Below are positions 24,545-38,354 of a stretch of 64,000 bases of DNA, piece by piece (the stretch's first letter is position 1; each line of letters opens with the position of its first letter). Under the pieces are notes generated by a model, which was given only the letters and a program-made list of their open reading frames with translations, ran no database searches and was not told the DNA's origin. Source of the stretch: Eledone cirrhosa (taxonomy: Eukaryota); assembly GCA_964016885.1 (NCBI GenBank), contig OZ024740.1:219666001-219730000 (forward strand), given 5' to 3'. Made by a program: the position numbers and the translations under genes.

Positions 24545-27500
24545 CAGGCTTCTGGAATTCTGCAACGCCTATGACATGTTGACATGTAACACAAACTTCA
24601 AAAAACCCGACAACCATCTGATCACCTATAGATTAGGGGAGCATTCTAGTCAGATAGATTTTATTCTCATCAGAGGAAATGATAGACGGTTGTAAACACA
24701 AAAGCCTTCCCTGGTGAGGAATGTACCTCCCAACATAACTTAGTTGTCAGTGACCTCACTGTCAAAACTAGACTTGAAAACAGAAGGCAACCTGGAGAAG
24801 AAAGATCTGGAAGCTGAAAAACCCCTCAGCCAGTAACAGATTTAAAGATATTCTACTTGACGCCTATGACAGTAAAGAACAGATAGAGACATTCAATGTA
24901 GAAGAGCACTGGGAGTTCCTAAAAATTAACTTACTAAAAGTGACAGACGAGATCTGTGGTTGGAGCAAGTCCACAGGGAGGAGGAGAGCGACTTGGTGGT
25001 GGAACAATAAGGTAGATGAGGCAGTTAAAGCTGAGAGACAGGCATGGAAAGAATGGAAGAATGGGGGAAGCAGAGTACATTACATAGAGACCAGGAGGGA
25101 AGCTAGGTGACAAGTATACCTAGCTTGAAGGGAAGCAGAGATAGAAAATTCAAGCATGTTTTGCAACAAGAGGACCAGAAACAGGAGGTGTTCAAGATCG
25201 TGAGGCAGTGTGTCAGAGAGAGTTGTGATGTTATTGGAGAGAAGTGTATCTGGAATGATAAAGGTGAGCTTGCCCTCACAAGTGCCAAGAAGAAAGCTGC
25301 GTGGAAGAGCCATTAAGAAAGATCACTAAATGAGGAGAATGCATGGGAAAAAGAGACCCTACTCCAAGCGGACCCTATAGAGGGGCCAGCAGTACAAGTC
25401 AGCAGCAGTGTAGTAAGTAAGGCAATCAAAGATATGAAGACAGAGAAGGCAACCGGTCCATCGGGTATAGCTGCCGAGATGCTGAAAGCATCTGGGTCGG
25501 TAGGTCACACCATAACCACACGTATTGTTAACCAGGTAATACAAGAGGGTGTCATACCAAATGATTGCTGCAGCAGCATCATTGTCAACTGCTACAAGAG
25601 TAAAGGTGATGCACTAGATAGAGGTATGAAGATGATGGACCAGGTCATGAAAGTAACAGAAAGAGTTTTAGAAGAGGTTATTTTTTAGGATGCTCACCAA
25701 TTTAGAACGTGTATTTTCGTTGAGAGTTATATGGGTTGTAATGAATGTTTATATTTGTTTGTGTATTGTATCACAGAGAGTAAGCGACAAAACAGTTCAA
25801 GGGAATGTTGTGACAAATATCATCATATGACATTACAACGTTTTTTGATATATAATTTATTTACAAAGATGAGAAGTTGAGTTAGCTGTGAGGACATGTC
25901 ATAAGAAATGAAATAAAACAAATTAAGATGCTGTAAAAGAATACGCAGACCTATGGCTAAAGTTAGAAACCACGGCCATGGTAATTATTTAGGGTTACAT
26001 TTTGGAAAGTTTGTTGAGCAAAATCAAGAGATGTTTACCTTGGCGGTGTCGAGCTGCAAGAGAGAGATTTTCGAAGGGAAACAGGAATTTTTCCCTTTGA
26101 GTGAGGGTTGAATTACATCTTACGCCGGTAGTGATTGGCTGAACTGAACCAAACAACATACGGAGAATGTATTCAAGAGCCATTAGAATGTAGGTCACTA
26201 CAGAGTTATAGCAAAGTTGATTAGGGACCGGGTAAATCTAGATGAGATGCAATTTGGATTTGTACCAGGAAAAGGCACCACTGATGCCCTCTTCCTTGTG
26301 AGGCAGTTACAGGAAAAGTACCTAGCTAAAAGTAAGCCGCTCTACCTGGTATTCGTCGATCTGGAAAAAGACTTTGACAGAGTTCCCCGTGCTATAATCT
26401 GGTGGGCTCTTAGAAAATTAGGAGTAGATGAATGGCTTGTGAAAGCTGTATAAGCCATGTATAGAGGAGCAGTCAGCCAAGTTAGGGTTAGCAATTACTA
26501 TAGCGAGGAATTTAGCATACAGGTTGGTGTCCACCAAGGCTCTGTTCTTAGCCCTCTCCTGTTCATCATAGTCCTGCAGGCAATAACGGAGGAGTTTAAG
26601 ACCGGATGCCCATGGGAACTCCTATATGCAGATGATCTCGCACTTATAGCTGAATCTATGGTGGAACTAGAGAAGAAATTCCAAACATGGAAGCAGGGTC
26701 TAGAAAGAAAGGGGCTCAAAGTCAACCTGACAAAGACTAAGGTTCTTGTAAGTAGTCGAGAAAACAGAACCCAGATCCCCTCAGGGAAATGGCCTTGCTC
26801 AATATGTAGGAAAGGTGTAAGTAGGAACTCCATCCTCTGCCCCAAATGCAAACTATGGGTACACAAGAGATGTAGTGGGATCTCAGGAAGCTTAACTAAG
26901 AATGTAGGCTTCACATGTAACAGCTGTGCTGGGACAGCAAGCAGCAATCGGCCACAGGAAACAAGCACCACCAAACTTTGGGAGGGCTCTGTAGAAACAG
27001 TAGACAGCTTCTGCTACCTAGGTGACTGAATTAGCAGTGGAGGTGGGTGTTCAGAAAGTACAATAACTAGGGTAAGAACGGGATGCAAGAAGTTCAGGGA
27101 GCTACTGCCACTATCTCAAAATGGAAGGCAGACTGTATGATGCGTGTATCCGAACAGCAATGTTACATGGTAGTGAGACCTGGGCACTGAAGGTGGAAGA
27201 CTTACGTATATTAGAAAGAAATGAAGCCTGCATGCTCCGATGGATGTGTAATAGTAATATACGCGAACGGCAAAGTATAAACGAACTGAGAGAGAGACTG
27301 AGCATTAGAAGAATCAAATGCTGTGTGCAGGAGAGGGGGTTGCGTTGGTATGGACATGTGATGCGTATGAAGGATGACAGCTGCATAAGAAGGTGCAAAG
27401 CACTAGAAGTCGATGGAAGCCGTGGAGTGGGGAGACCCAAGAAGATCTGGAATGAGGTGAAAAAAGCTGACCTTACCCAATTGCACCTCTCAAAGGCGAT

Positions 27501-27885
27501 GACACATGACCATGAACTTTGGCATCACGCATTAATACAGAAGACCCGACTTCCCACGGGAACAAGCCGAAGCTGAAGCATATAGACAATATGCCCACAC
27601 CCCATCCCACTGCAAAGTGGTCATGGAGGTGTCACGGCAAAACTGCACCCAGCCCACACTGTAAAGTGGACGTGGAGGTGCCACGGAAAAAAAGCACCCA
27701 GCACTCACTGTAAATGAGGTTGGTGTTAGGAAGGGCATCCAGCTGTAGAAATCAAGCCAGAATCAGTTCCTGTATGAGCAAGACAAGGTCAGCCGACTGG
27801 ACACTGCCCACAACAGGACAACCCGTCTAACCCATGCTAGCATGGAAGAAGAGACATAAAACGGTGATGATGATGATGATGTTGA
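24545..27885 (+). mobile_element. RTE LINE, long degenerate copy (APE end, RT, PHD-like finger, 3'UTR)
   Basis: SQIDFIL, TWWWN, QFGF..GKGTTDA, FVDLEKDFDRVPR, GVHQGSVLSPLLF, LLYADDL, CSICRKG..WVHKRCSG, WYGHVMR and GRP, with stops and frameshifts. Interrupted at 25667-26202. Confidence 0.92.
25667..26202. mobile_element. Probable solo LTR inserted into the RTE
   Basis: Removing it restores the RTE codons GAA AGA GTT ATA (ERVI). 4-bp TSD GAGT at 25663-25666 and 26203-26206. Termini T(T)TAG...CTACA, i.e. TGTAG...CTACA with one change. Confidence 0.65.
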
Positions 27886-27889
27886 TGAG

Positions 27890-28215
27890 CATGGCAGCTT
27901 CCATGGAGGAATAAGGGTCCTACCTTCTTTCCTACTCACTAGCACTTTAGTTTTAGCTAAGTTTACTCTCAGACCTTTTGATTCCAAGTTCTGTTTGCAT
28001 AGTTGAAACTTAGTCTCTAGTTCTTTTATGGATTCAGCCATAAGGATCAGGTCATCCATGTAAAGAAGTTCCCATGGACGACCTGTCTTAAACTCCTGTT
28101 ATGGTCTGGACGACTATGATGAATAGCAGTGGGCTAAGAACCAAGCCCTGATGGACTCCTACTTGAACCTTGGATTCCTCACTAAATTCACTTTCTACTC
28201 TCACTTTACTGACTA
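27890..28215 (-). mobile_element. RTE RT fragment
   Basis: GVHQG..LSPLLF, WELLYMDDL, LRVNLAKTKVL. Confidence 0.75.
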
Positions 28216-28689
28216 GAAATATGTCTAGTTATAATTGTATGTTTGGAAACTGGATTGTTTCATAATATCCAAAAGGTTGTGTACAACCAACTTTTATACA
28301 AATTACTAAGTCTAAAATAATAAAATGGTAGTTAGGATAGTCTGAAGTGTCAGACGTGTTAGAATGGTGATGCTGTTCTTGATGATGATGAGATTTTTGT
28401 TAAGTATTTAGTAATAGTTCTGCTTTGAAGTTAATCAGCAAGAACTTTGACATATACTGAGAAATTGAGATAAGCTTACGACCAGCTGCAAATTTGTTAT
28501 TTACTCATGTATAAATAAATATACATGCTTGTAATTTTACATGTTACAATCATTAATAAATAGCTATCTTAATAATGAGATAATAGCATATAATATATTC
28601 ATAATAAAAAATATCAATACCAACTATAACATTAACAATAATAACATCACTACACTGTCACTAATATTATAGTAGATAAAGCGAAACAG

Positions 28690-29040
28690 ATGAGAAAATT
28701 ACACCAAATACAGTAGACTTACAAATACCTAAATAAATTAGACAAGTTACAACACACACAAATAAAAGAAAAGGTTAGAAAGGATTATAGACATATTAGA
28801 TTGATATGAAATACAGAGATAAATGGCAAAAATAAGGTCGTAGGCATCAATACTCAAGCCGTTGTTGTAATAAGTTATAGCTATAATGTTTAATGTTCTC
28901 AACTGAATATCAATACATTAACAAGATTAGGAAAACAAGAAAAATAATGACTGCATTTAGAGGGCATCATAAAAAAAACAGAAAGATTATATTTACCAAA
29001 AATATAGAGAGATAGGGGCTTTCTGCAACTAGCAAATTGT
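28690..29040 (+). mobile_element. Highly degraded R4/Dong-like fragment
   Basis: GKNKVVGINTQAVVVISYS...RKIMTAFRGHH...RLYLP remnants. Confidence 0.45.
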
Positions 29041-30028
29041 AAAATATCTAGTAAAATCAGAAACAGAAATTAATGATTTCTTTATATAAAATAATACAAA
29101 TATGATCAAAATGAAGAACTGTCTTATATATATATCAACATCATCCTCATTATTGTTTTTACATCTACTTTTTCTATGGTGACATGAGGTGGATGTGAGT
29201 TATTGTATTCTACATCCAGAAGCTCATCTTCATGCTAAACCTTACTTATTTATAAATAAAGTACTTTTTTTCCACTGGTCTTCACAGTCAAACACTGAAA
29301 TGTTGAACATCTTGCTTATGTGGGATGTAAACAAACATCCCCACTGTCCATGCAGTCACAATGTGAAGACACTTGCTTAAGGTGCTATACAGTAGGCTCA
29401 AAACCTGAAGCTTCCATTGAGGATAATAATGACAGCTGTATAAAAAGGTGCAAGGCGATCAAAGTTGATGGAAGCTACAGAGTAGGTAGACCCAGGAAAA
29501 CCTGGGACGAGGTGATAAAAGCTGACCTTGTGCAACTGAACCTTTCAAAGACAATAATACAGGATCAAGATCTTTGGTGACACTAAATCATGACACTAAA
29601 TTCTAACTGATGTCACAGTTCACTCAGTTGTAGATAAATAGGTACCTGATCTTCTGCCTGCTGTGAGTATCCAGGTTTTTAGAATATGTACACCATATCC
29701 TTAAATGTGACTAAAAGGGTTGGTGTAAGTAAGGGCTTCCAGCTATAAAACATTGTCTTAAAATACCTGTCCAATTTATGCCAGCATAGAAAAGTGGGCA
29801 TAAAAAAAAACCATGATGACGATGATGATTTTAACTGTTTAACCCATGCTAGCGTGGAAGATGGACGTTAAACGATGATGATGATGATGATGATGATGAT
29901 TAGGTGATTCAGTAGATTTATGGTTTACTGAGGAACGTACCAATATTAGCAGTCTATGCTATAACAGACTGTATATATTAAGAAGAACAAAACAAGGTTT
30001 CACATCGAGGTTTTTATTGATTAGGCTC

Positions 30029-30113
30029 AGTTACGAATGTTTCACAGATGGATGGCTTAAGATCCATATTAGTGTTAGAGACCAGACTCCCGCCTCAATC
30101 TCCTCATCAGACT
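30029..30113 (-). ncRNA. Hammerhead-like motif with extended stem II
   Basis: AGU CUGAUGA [60 nt, ggagau...aucugu] GAAA CAUUCG UA ACU, then aauaaa. Intact core. Confidence 0.6.
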
Positions 30114-30222
30114 TGTTAATCAAGCCAAACTAGAATCTCATCATTTTGTTCTTTTTATTATACACACACACACACACACATATATATATGTATATATATA
30201 TGTATATATATATATATATAAA

Positions 30223-31178
30223 TCATCATCATCATTGTTTAACGTCTATCTTCCATGCTAGCATGAGTTAGATGGGTTGTCCCATTTGAAGCAAGTTGGG
30301 TCAGGTGACCATGTCTAACTCATATAGGACTGTTTCTGGCTAGGTTTCTACAGCTGGATGCCCTTCCTAATGCCAACCACATTTACAGTGTGGGCTGGGT
30401 GCTTTTTGTCATGACACCTACACGACCACTTTACAGCGTGGGCTGGATATGTTTTGTTCAGTGTAAGGGTGGTGTGGACAGAAGTGGGTGGGGATATAGT
30501 AGTTAGGAGTTACTTACTAGGTGTATGTTTGAGTCTGTATGCATGGAAAGGCATGTCTTTTGTATTACTGCATAATACCAAAGATCTCGATCCTGAAAGG
30601 TTCAGTTGCACAAGGTCAGCTTTTATCACCTCATCCCAGGTTTTCCTGGGTCTACCTACTCCATAGCTTCCATCAACTTTGATCGCCTTGCACCTTTTTA
30701 TACAGCTGTCATCCTTCATACGCATCACATGACCTTACTAATGCACTCTCCTCTCTAGCATACTGCATCGATTCCTCTCTTAGTTCATTTATACTTTGCT
30801 GTTAATATATTTTACTATTACACATCCATCGGTGCATGCATGCTTCAATTCTTTCCAGTCTTTGTAGGTCCTCTGCACACAGTGCCAGGTCTTACTACCA
30901 TGCAACATTGCTGTTCGTATGCATGCATCATACCCTTTATTTTAAGGGGAAAACCTTTTGTAGCTAGTAGTGGTAGTAGCTCTCTGAACTTTCTCCATCC
31001 TGTTCTTACTTTGGCTACTGTACTTTCGGAATATCTTCCTCCACTACTGACTACATCACCCAGGTAACAGAAAGAGTCAGCTATTTCTATAGCACCATCT
31101 GTACATTTGAAGGAGCAAGTGTCTTGTGGGCACTTGCTACTTACTGTACCTGAGCATCAGCTGCATATAAAGCCTACT

Positions 31179-31180
<2 letters not shown>
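30223..31180 (-). mobile_element. RTE LINE 3' fragment
   Basis: Homologous to 26900-27880. Confidence 0.8.
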
Positions 31181-31264
<84 letters not shown>

Positions 31265-32939
31265 AGAGGTTGATGTTGTGGGAAAGTCATAAAGGCTGAC
31301 ATGTTGCTATTGAATATTTAATTTATTAATAATTCTAACACATTTCGTTTCAACTGTATGTAACTATGATGGTCTAAATTGATGATTATAAATTACTTTA
31401 CACTACACTGGAAGATGTAGATATGTACACAGTAAATATGGAACATAAGCTCTGGTAACAGAGAGATGTGATAAGAACAAAGATGTCAAGAAAAGCCTCT
31501 GTGTTGGCCATTACTAGAGAAATCTGACACCAAGATGAAGGGGACACAAAGAAAAAACCTAACACTGACTGAGAAGCGTACAAGTCATAGCAGATATATA
31601 TCATCATCATCACCATAAACATCATCATCATCATAAGCACCAAAATCATCATCATTATAAACATCATCATCATAATCAACATCGTCATCACCAACATCAT
31701 TATCAACATCATCATCAATTTCATCATGATTTTATATCTGTTTTCCATGCTAGGTTGGATGGGTTATCATGTTCCGAGAAAGAGCAGACAGGTCATAGTG
31801 ACCTCATCTTGCTCATATGTGCCATTATATGTCATGGTTTCTACATCTGGATGCCCTCATAATGCCAACCACTTTATAGTGTGTCTTACACCAATCATAT
31901 ATCATCACCATCATCTTCATCACCATCATCTTCATCACCATCATCTTCATCACCACCGTTTAACGTTCATTTTTCCATGCTTGCATGGGTCAGATAGGTC
32001 GTCCACATCAAGGGACAGGTCTGACCAGGATTGGCCATGCCGTACCTTGCTCTGACGGGACTGTAAATTTGGCTGGGGCTTACAGCTGAATGCCCTTCCT
32101 AACACCAACCACATTTATATATATATTCGAAAGTGAAATAGAAGCATTGAAAAAAATTTGAGATTCATTTTATTCTTCATAAAAAGTTGAAACCCTAAAT
32201 TTTTAGCCATTTACACATGAACATTTCATCACACATTGTGTCACAATGTAAAAGGTTTGTTTCTGCTTGCTTTCGTCTTTTCCTGGCATTTCAACTGAAA
32301 TTTCAAGATTTTTTCTATATATTTTCAAAACCAACCAGTCTACCTTGTCAAATGGTTGTTTGTGTACCACGATAAAAAGCACCCAGTTCACTCTGTAGAT
32401 GGTCATGCTGGTGCCATGATGAAAAACCACCCAATCCATTCTGTAAGATGGACATTTTGATGCCACAATAAAAAGCATCCAGTTCACATTGCAATGTAGT
32501 TGGCATTAGGAAGGGCATCCAGCCATAGAAACTAAGTTGTAAACGGTTCTGTATGAGCAAAACACAGTCACCTGAGCAGACTCATCTCATAATATGACAA
32601 CCCCTTTAACCTTTGCACATGTAGAAAATAGATGTTAAAAAGTGATGATGATGATTATGATATTTTCTTGGTCTGTGAATTGAATTTAAGATGGCTGTTA
32701 TAACCTGTGGGAAAATAGCTTCTGTTGCTATTCTCTCATGATTTATATTTGTCGTGTGTTATGTAATTTGTCTTTATACTTACTTCAACATATTTTACTT
32801 TGAGAAGGTTTTAAATGGTTGTACATTAAGTTTTAAAAATGAATAAAAATCTTGTTTATTAATCAAACACATTGTTGAAGAAATCCAAGTTTTTATAAAC
32901 AAACAAAAAGAAAAGACAGATTTCAAATTTATATATTTC

Positions 32940-33348
32940 ATCATTCATTCATCATTTTACATCTGCTTTTCCCTGCTTGCAAGGGTGGGACTTGACCTTC
33001 TCTTGCTCATACGGGAACTGATTCTGGCTTGATTTCTACAGCTGGATACCCTTCCTAACACCAACCCCATTTACAGTGAGTGCTGGGTGCTTTTTTTCCG
33101 TGGCGCCTACACGTCCACTTTACAGTGTGGGCTGGGTGCTTTTTTGCCGTGGCACCTCCACAACCACTTTGCAGTGGAATGATAGGGACCCCAGTCCTAT
33201 CATCTCATTTCTACAGCTGAGTAAACTGGAGCAATGTGAAATAAAGTGTCTTGCTCAAGGAAACAACATATCACCCGATCCGAGAATTGAACTCACGACC
33301 TTTCGATTGCAAGCCCTATGCTCTAACCACTAAGCCATGTGACTTCAC
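32940..33348 (-). mobile_element. SINE (main family)
   Basis: Head, body and tail. Confidence 0.85.
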
Positions 33349-33384
33349 ATATACATATATACATTATGTGTATATGTATATGTA

Positions 33385-33930
33385 GAAAATATCTGTAGAT
33401 GTGAAAAAGGAAAATGGAAAACAATGCTCAAACAGGAAAAGAGATAATATATCATGTTATTTATTTATGTTCATATACAGAACAAAAGTGCTATATAATG
33501 TTTCAAGGTCCAATATCTCCAAAATGTAAGAGGGATAACATTTGTAGCCTAATCTTCAGGTGCTTAATCTGGAGATATGGTCAATATTGGGCCTTGAAAG
33601 CTTAGGTAGCACTTTTGTTCCGTGTATGAGTATAAATAAATAATATAATATATCAGCTCTCTGCCTGATTCAGTACTGTTTTCCATTTTCCTTTTTCACA
33701 CCAATACCAAGAGATGGCAAAATGATGGACCTGTTATTTTTCTCTAAAAACATTTTTTCAAATTCCACACGGCCCATCTCTTCAATCTTTCTAATTTCCC
33801 ATTCTTTCTTCTGATGAAGGGCTAGTGTCCGAAATGTTAAGGCCCTCTTCCTGCTGTTTCAAGCATTAACCTGATATATTCTTTCCATATACTGTACTGA
33901 TTGTGTTGTTATTTCTGTTTATCTTTTACA
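33385..33930. mobile_element. Fold-back element with hammerhead-like motif
   Basis: Arms about 33400-33493 / 33608-33701. UCUU CUGAUGA A GGGC uagu GUCC GAAA UG UU AAGG at 33807-33842 (+). TA-rich flanks. Confidence 0.55.
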
Positions 33931-34599
33931 TACATATATATATATATATATACAATATATGTTGGTGAGGAAAAGGGCCCAGCCCACACTGTAAAGTAGT
34001 CATGTAGGTGTCATGTCAAAAAAGCACCCAGCACACACTGTAAATACAGTAGGCATTAGGAAGGGCATCCAGCCATAGAAACCAGGCCAAAATCAGTTCT
34101 GTGTGAGCAAAACATGGCCCTCTAACCTGGATCTCTCAACAGGACAGTCCATTCTACCCATGCTACCATGGAAAATGAATGTTAAACAATGATGATGTAT
34201 ATATATAAAGATCACTACAATCATTGTAACATATATTATCTATGCTCATAATAACCCATGCTTACATGGGTTATTATGAGCCTAGATAAGTGAGATGGAC
34301 ACATCTTGCTCACACAATCTGCTTTTGCCTTGGGTTTAGTGGATTGGATGCCCTACCTAATGCCAAGCATATGATAACATGAACTGGGTGCTTTTTGTCA
34401 TGTATATTATTGGGATGTGTGCATGTATTATATATATATATATATAGAAGTGGTTACACAACAGTTAGTTCATCATACCGAGAACAATTGTTTCACCTTA
34501 GTGGTGTAACCACTTCTACCTAACTCGTCCCATGGACTGAGTGCTCTACCACTACGGATATTACCTTCCAGTGTTCTACCACTATATATATATATATAA

Positions 34600-35242
34600 T
34601 CATCATCATCACCTTTTATGTCCATTCTTCCATGCTAGCATGGGTTAGATGAGTTGTCCTGTTGTGGGCAATGCTAGGTCAGGTGATCATGTCTTTCTCA
34701 TACAGAACTGATTTTGACTTGGTTTCTACAGCTGGATGCCCTTCCTAACACCGACTTCGTTTACAGTGAGTACTAGCTGCTTTTTACCGTGGCACCTACA
34801 TGACCACCTTACAATGTGGACTCGGTGATTTTTTGTTGTGACACCTACACGAATGGGGAAGGGGGTGGGGGGCATACTGTAAATATGATTGAGCTTTGGC
34901 TTGTACTCGTGGGGAGTCAGGGCTTCTGTATTACTGCGTAAAATCAGAGGTCTCAGTCCTTTGTCATCGCCTTTGAGACTGCACTTGGTCAAGATCAGTT
35001 TTTTATCACTTCATCCTGGGTCTTCATGATAACATGAACACTAAGGTTTCCATTAACTTTTAGCGCTCGGCATCTTTTTATGCAGCTGTCATCTTTCATA
35101 TGCATCACATGTCCATACCAATGTAATCTCCTCTCCTGCACACACCATTTGATTTCTCTTATGCCTAGTCTCTCTCTCAATTTGTTTATGCTTTGCTGTT
35201 CATGTATATTACTATTACACATCCATCAGAGCATGCAAGCTT
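34600..35242 (-). mobile_element. RTE LINE 3' fragment
   Basis: RRLHWYGHVM ORF remnant plus 3'UTR; runs into the assembly gap. Confidence 0.8.
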
Positions 35243-35442
35243 NNNNNNNNNNNNNNNNNNNNNNNNNNNNNNNNNNNNNNNNNNNNNNNNNNNNNNNNNN
35301 NNNNNNNNNNNNNNNNNNNNNNNNNNNNNNNNNNNNNNNNNNNNNNNNNNNNNNNNNNNNNNNNNNNNNNNNNNNNNNNNNNNNNNNNNNNNNNNNNNNN
35401 NNNNNNNNNNNNNNNNNNNNNNNNNNNNNNNNNNNNNNNNNN
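35243..35442. other. Assembly gap (200 N)
   Basis: Direct inspection. Confidence 1.
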
Positions 35443-35815
35443 CAATTTCAAGTATCCCACGTTCATCCCCGCATCAAAATACATACCTACGTCAAATTTC
35501 ATTTGAACCGGACAAATTTCGTAAATATCGATTTTTGCCTCTTGTGATCCAATTATCGATTTTTCGAAAATTTAATGTAGCACACGTTAATCCCCGGATC
35601 AAAATACACACCTGCGTCGAGTTTCATCGGTTTTTGAAAATATCGATTTTTGGCTTCTGGGGTCCCGATTATCGATTTTTCAAAACTTTCAAGTAGCCTA
35701 TTCCACTCTACGCGTTGAGTTTTATATATGTGTGAGGTTTGATGAAAATTGGATGAACGGTGTAGCATGCAAGTTGGGAACACCAAACAATGCCATCTTC
35801 ACTTTATATATAAGA
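35443..35815 (-). mobile_element. Helitron-like non-autonomous element, 5' end with ~120-bp internal tandem units
   Basis: Minus strand begins A|TCttatatataaagtgaagatgg. Repeated atcaaaataca..cgtc..tttcat..atatcgattttt units. A second copy lies at 36605-36894. Confidence 0.55.
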
Positions 35816-35832
35816 TATATATATATATATAT

Positions 35833-36170
35833 ACGATATTAATAAATGGAAACTATATTTATAAAACCATATTTATTTCATTATACATATTTCAGGGATA
35901 CCAAATTAAATTATGGTATGCCTTCATCAGACAAAATACAATATATAACAGTTTTACAAATAAGCTTTGTAAAACTGTTATATATTGTATTTTGTCTGAT
36001 GAAGGCATACCATAATTTAATTTGGTATCCCTGAAATATGTATAATGAAATAAATATAGTTTCCATTTATTAATATCGTATATCTACTCCAAATACTTGT
36101 CGAGTGCTTTATATCAGTTATAAAATATTTACTTGTTGTATCCCAACAATTTTAAATAGAACTTTTGCAT
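35833..36170. mobile_element. Fold-back Penelope-like pseudo-LTR derivative with two hammerhead motifs
   Basis: Near-perfect palindrome centred at about 35963. HHR on - at 35874-35938 and on + at 35988-36052 (UAUUUUGU CUGAUGA aggcauacca..ugguaucccu GAAA UAUGUA UA AUGAAAUA). Homologous to 40141-40260 and 43927-44090. Confidence 0.82.
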
Positions 36171-36289
36171 ATATATATATATATATATGTGTATGTGTAT
36201 ATACATACATATACATATATATATAGAGAGAGAGAGAGATTCCTGATGATTTCTAAAGAATGAAACAGTTCTAGTCCTGTAGAATCTCA

Positions 36290-36338
<49 letters not shown>

Positions 36339-36440
36339 GTATGTATATACACATACACACATACACGCGCATATATATATATATATATATACATACACAC
36401 TCACATATATATATATATATATATACACACACATATATAT

Positions 36441-36479
<39 letters not shown>

Positions 36480-36604
36480 TACATACATATATACATCACT
36501 ATATATGTGTGTGTTTATCTATCTATGTATTTTATCAGCAGGCAGGAGGTGTGGCTGCGCCAGTGAGGTGGAAGAGAGGGAAAGAGAGTAAGTTAGAGTT
36601 GTCC

Positions 36605-36894
36605 TGATTTTTGCCTCTGGTGATCCAATTATCGATTTTTCGAAAATTTAATGTAGCGCACGTTTATCCCCGGATCAAAATACACACTTGCGTCGAGTTT
36701 CATCGATTTTTGAAAATATCGATTTTTGGCTTCTGGTGTCCCGATTATCGATTTTTCGAAATTTTCAAGTAGCCTATTCCACTCTACGCGTTGAGTTTTA
36801 TATATGTGTGAGGTTTGATGAAAATTGGATGAACGGTGTAGCATGCAAGTTGGGAACACCAAACAATGCCCATCTTCACTTTATAGATATAAGA
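36605..36894 (-). mobile_element. Second Helitron-like 5' end copy
   Basis: Nearly identical to 35530-35815. Confidence 0.55.
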
Positions 36895-36912
36895 TATATA
36901 TATATGTATATA

Positions 36913-36960
<48 letters not shown>

Positions 36961-37234
36961 GTGCTAGGTTGAGCATTTTTTCCTTTTCCTTTATCTACGG
37001 ATATCCTATATATATCATCATCATCATCGTTTAACGTCCATATTCCACGCTTGCATGGGTTTGGACGGGTGTTTTCCCACTTGAGGCAAGAGTGGTTGTC
37101 TTGCTCGCATAGGACTGTTTGGCGGGTTTTCTACAGCTGGATGCCCTTCCTAACACCAACCACATTTACAGTGTGGAACTGGGAGATATAATATATATAT
37201 ATATATATATAATATATATATATATTATATATAT

Positions 37235-37326
<92 letters not shown>

Positions 37327-37379
37327 ATAAAAGTAAATAGAATCAAAGTACTGTTGCAGCATATATAAAAATGTTATTG

Positions 37380-37469
37380 GCATATTACAATCATTTCAAT
37401 ATTGATCAGCTCAGGGTAGATTCATAATAACCAGGGCCCATCTCTTTCTCAACAACTTGTCAGATTTGC
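37380..37469 (-). ncRNA. Hammerhead-like motif with extended stem II (decayed)
   Basis: GCAAAU CUGACAA [59 nt containing cugagcugaucaa] GAAA UGAUUG UA AUAUGC. Confidence 0.5.
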
Positions 37470-38354
37470 AGGTTTATAAGTACAAAGATACATTCAAACT
37501 GTGTGTGTGTGTATATATATATAATATAGGAATGAAAAATGGCGTGCTGTGTTGTTGCAGAGAGGGAGTGAGTGAAAGTGTGAGGAAGAGGCTAGCCGAG
37601 AGAGGGTGACTAGCAGAGGGGGAGAATGAAAGTAAGAGGGAGAATGAGTGAGAAGGGGGAGAGAGAAAGAGGATAGAAGTAAGGGAAGAGAAAAAGACAG
37701 GTCACAGCAAAGGGGAAAGCATATAGGAATGAAAAATGGCATGCTGTGTTGTTGCGAATGTGATACATATGAAGTAAAAATTAGAAAGAGAAGCCTGGAC
37801 TATCCATCATCAGTGATCTACTAACCATCATAGGTATTTCTTCACATTAAAGATCAGATACCTCAGAGAGATTTGAACAACTTCTGTCTGTCACAATATA
37901 TGTGGGTGTGTGTTTGTGTGAATGTATGGCGTTCCATTTGCTATGCTGTATGTGACTGTATGTGTATGTTTGTGTAAATGTATGTGTGCTTGTGTGAATG
38001 TATGTCTGAGTGTGTCCATGTTTGCCCATTTATATTTATATACTCATACATATAAATACATGCATATGCACATACACACATGAACACAAATATACACAAA
38101 TGCATCTGTGTGTTGAAAAAAATTCTAGTATATATATACATGTATTATATTACGGGGTTGATAAAATAAAGTCCCAGTAATGCACTGGGTAATTGCTGGC
38201 CTTGTGCCTAAACTAGAAACAATTATATTATATTATATGTCAATATATTATATAGTTGATTAATATTTCTACTTCTCCAAGTTTCAAATGTATATTATTT
38301 CATTTCAAGGTTTTCTTTCTTAGTTCTTTATCTGTGACACTCTCCTTGTCATTA

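Noticed and set aside
34445-34585. Small inverted repeat with GAAA-CAAUUG-UU on the minus strand
   Set aside because: No CUGANGA in a position that closes a hammerhead; at best a half motif.
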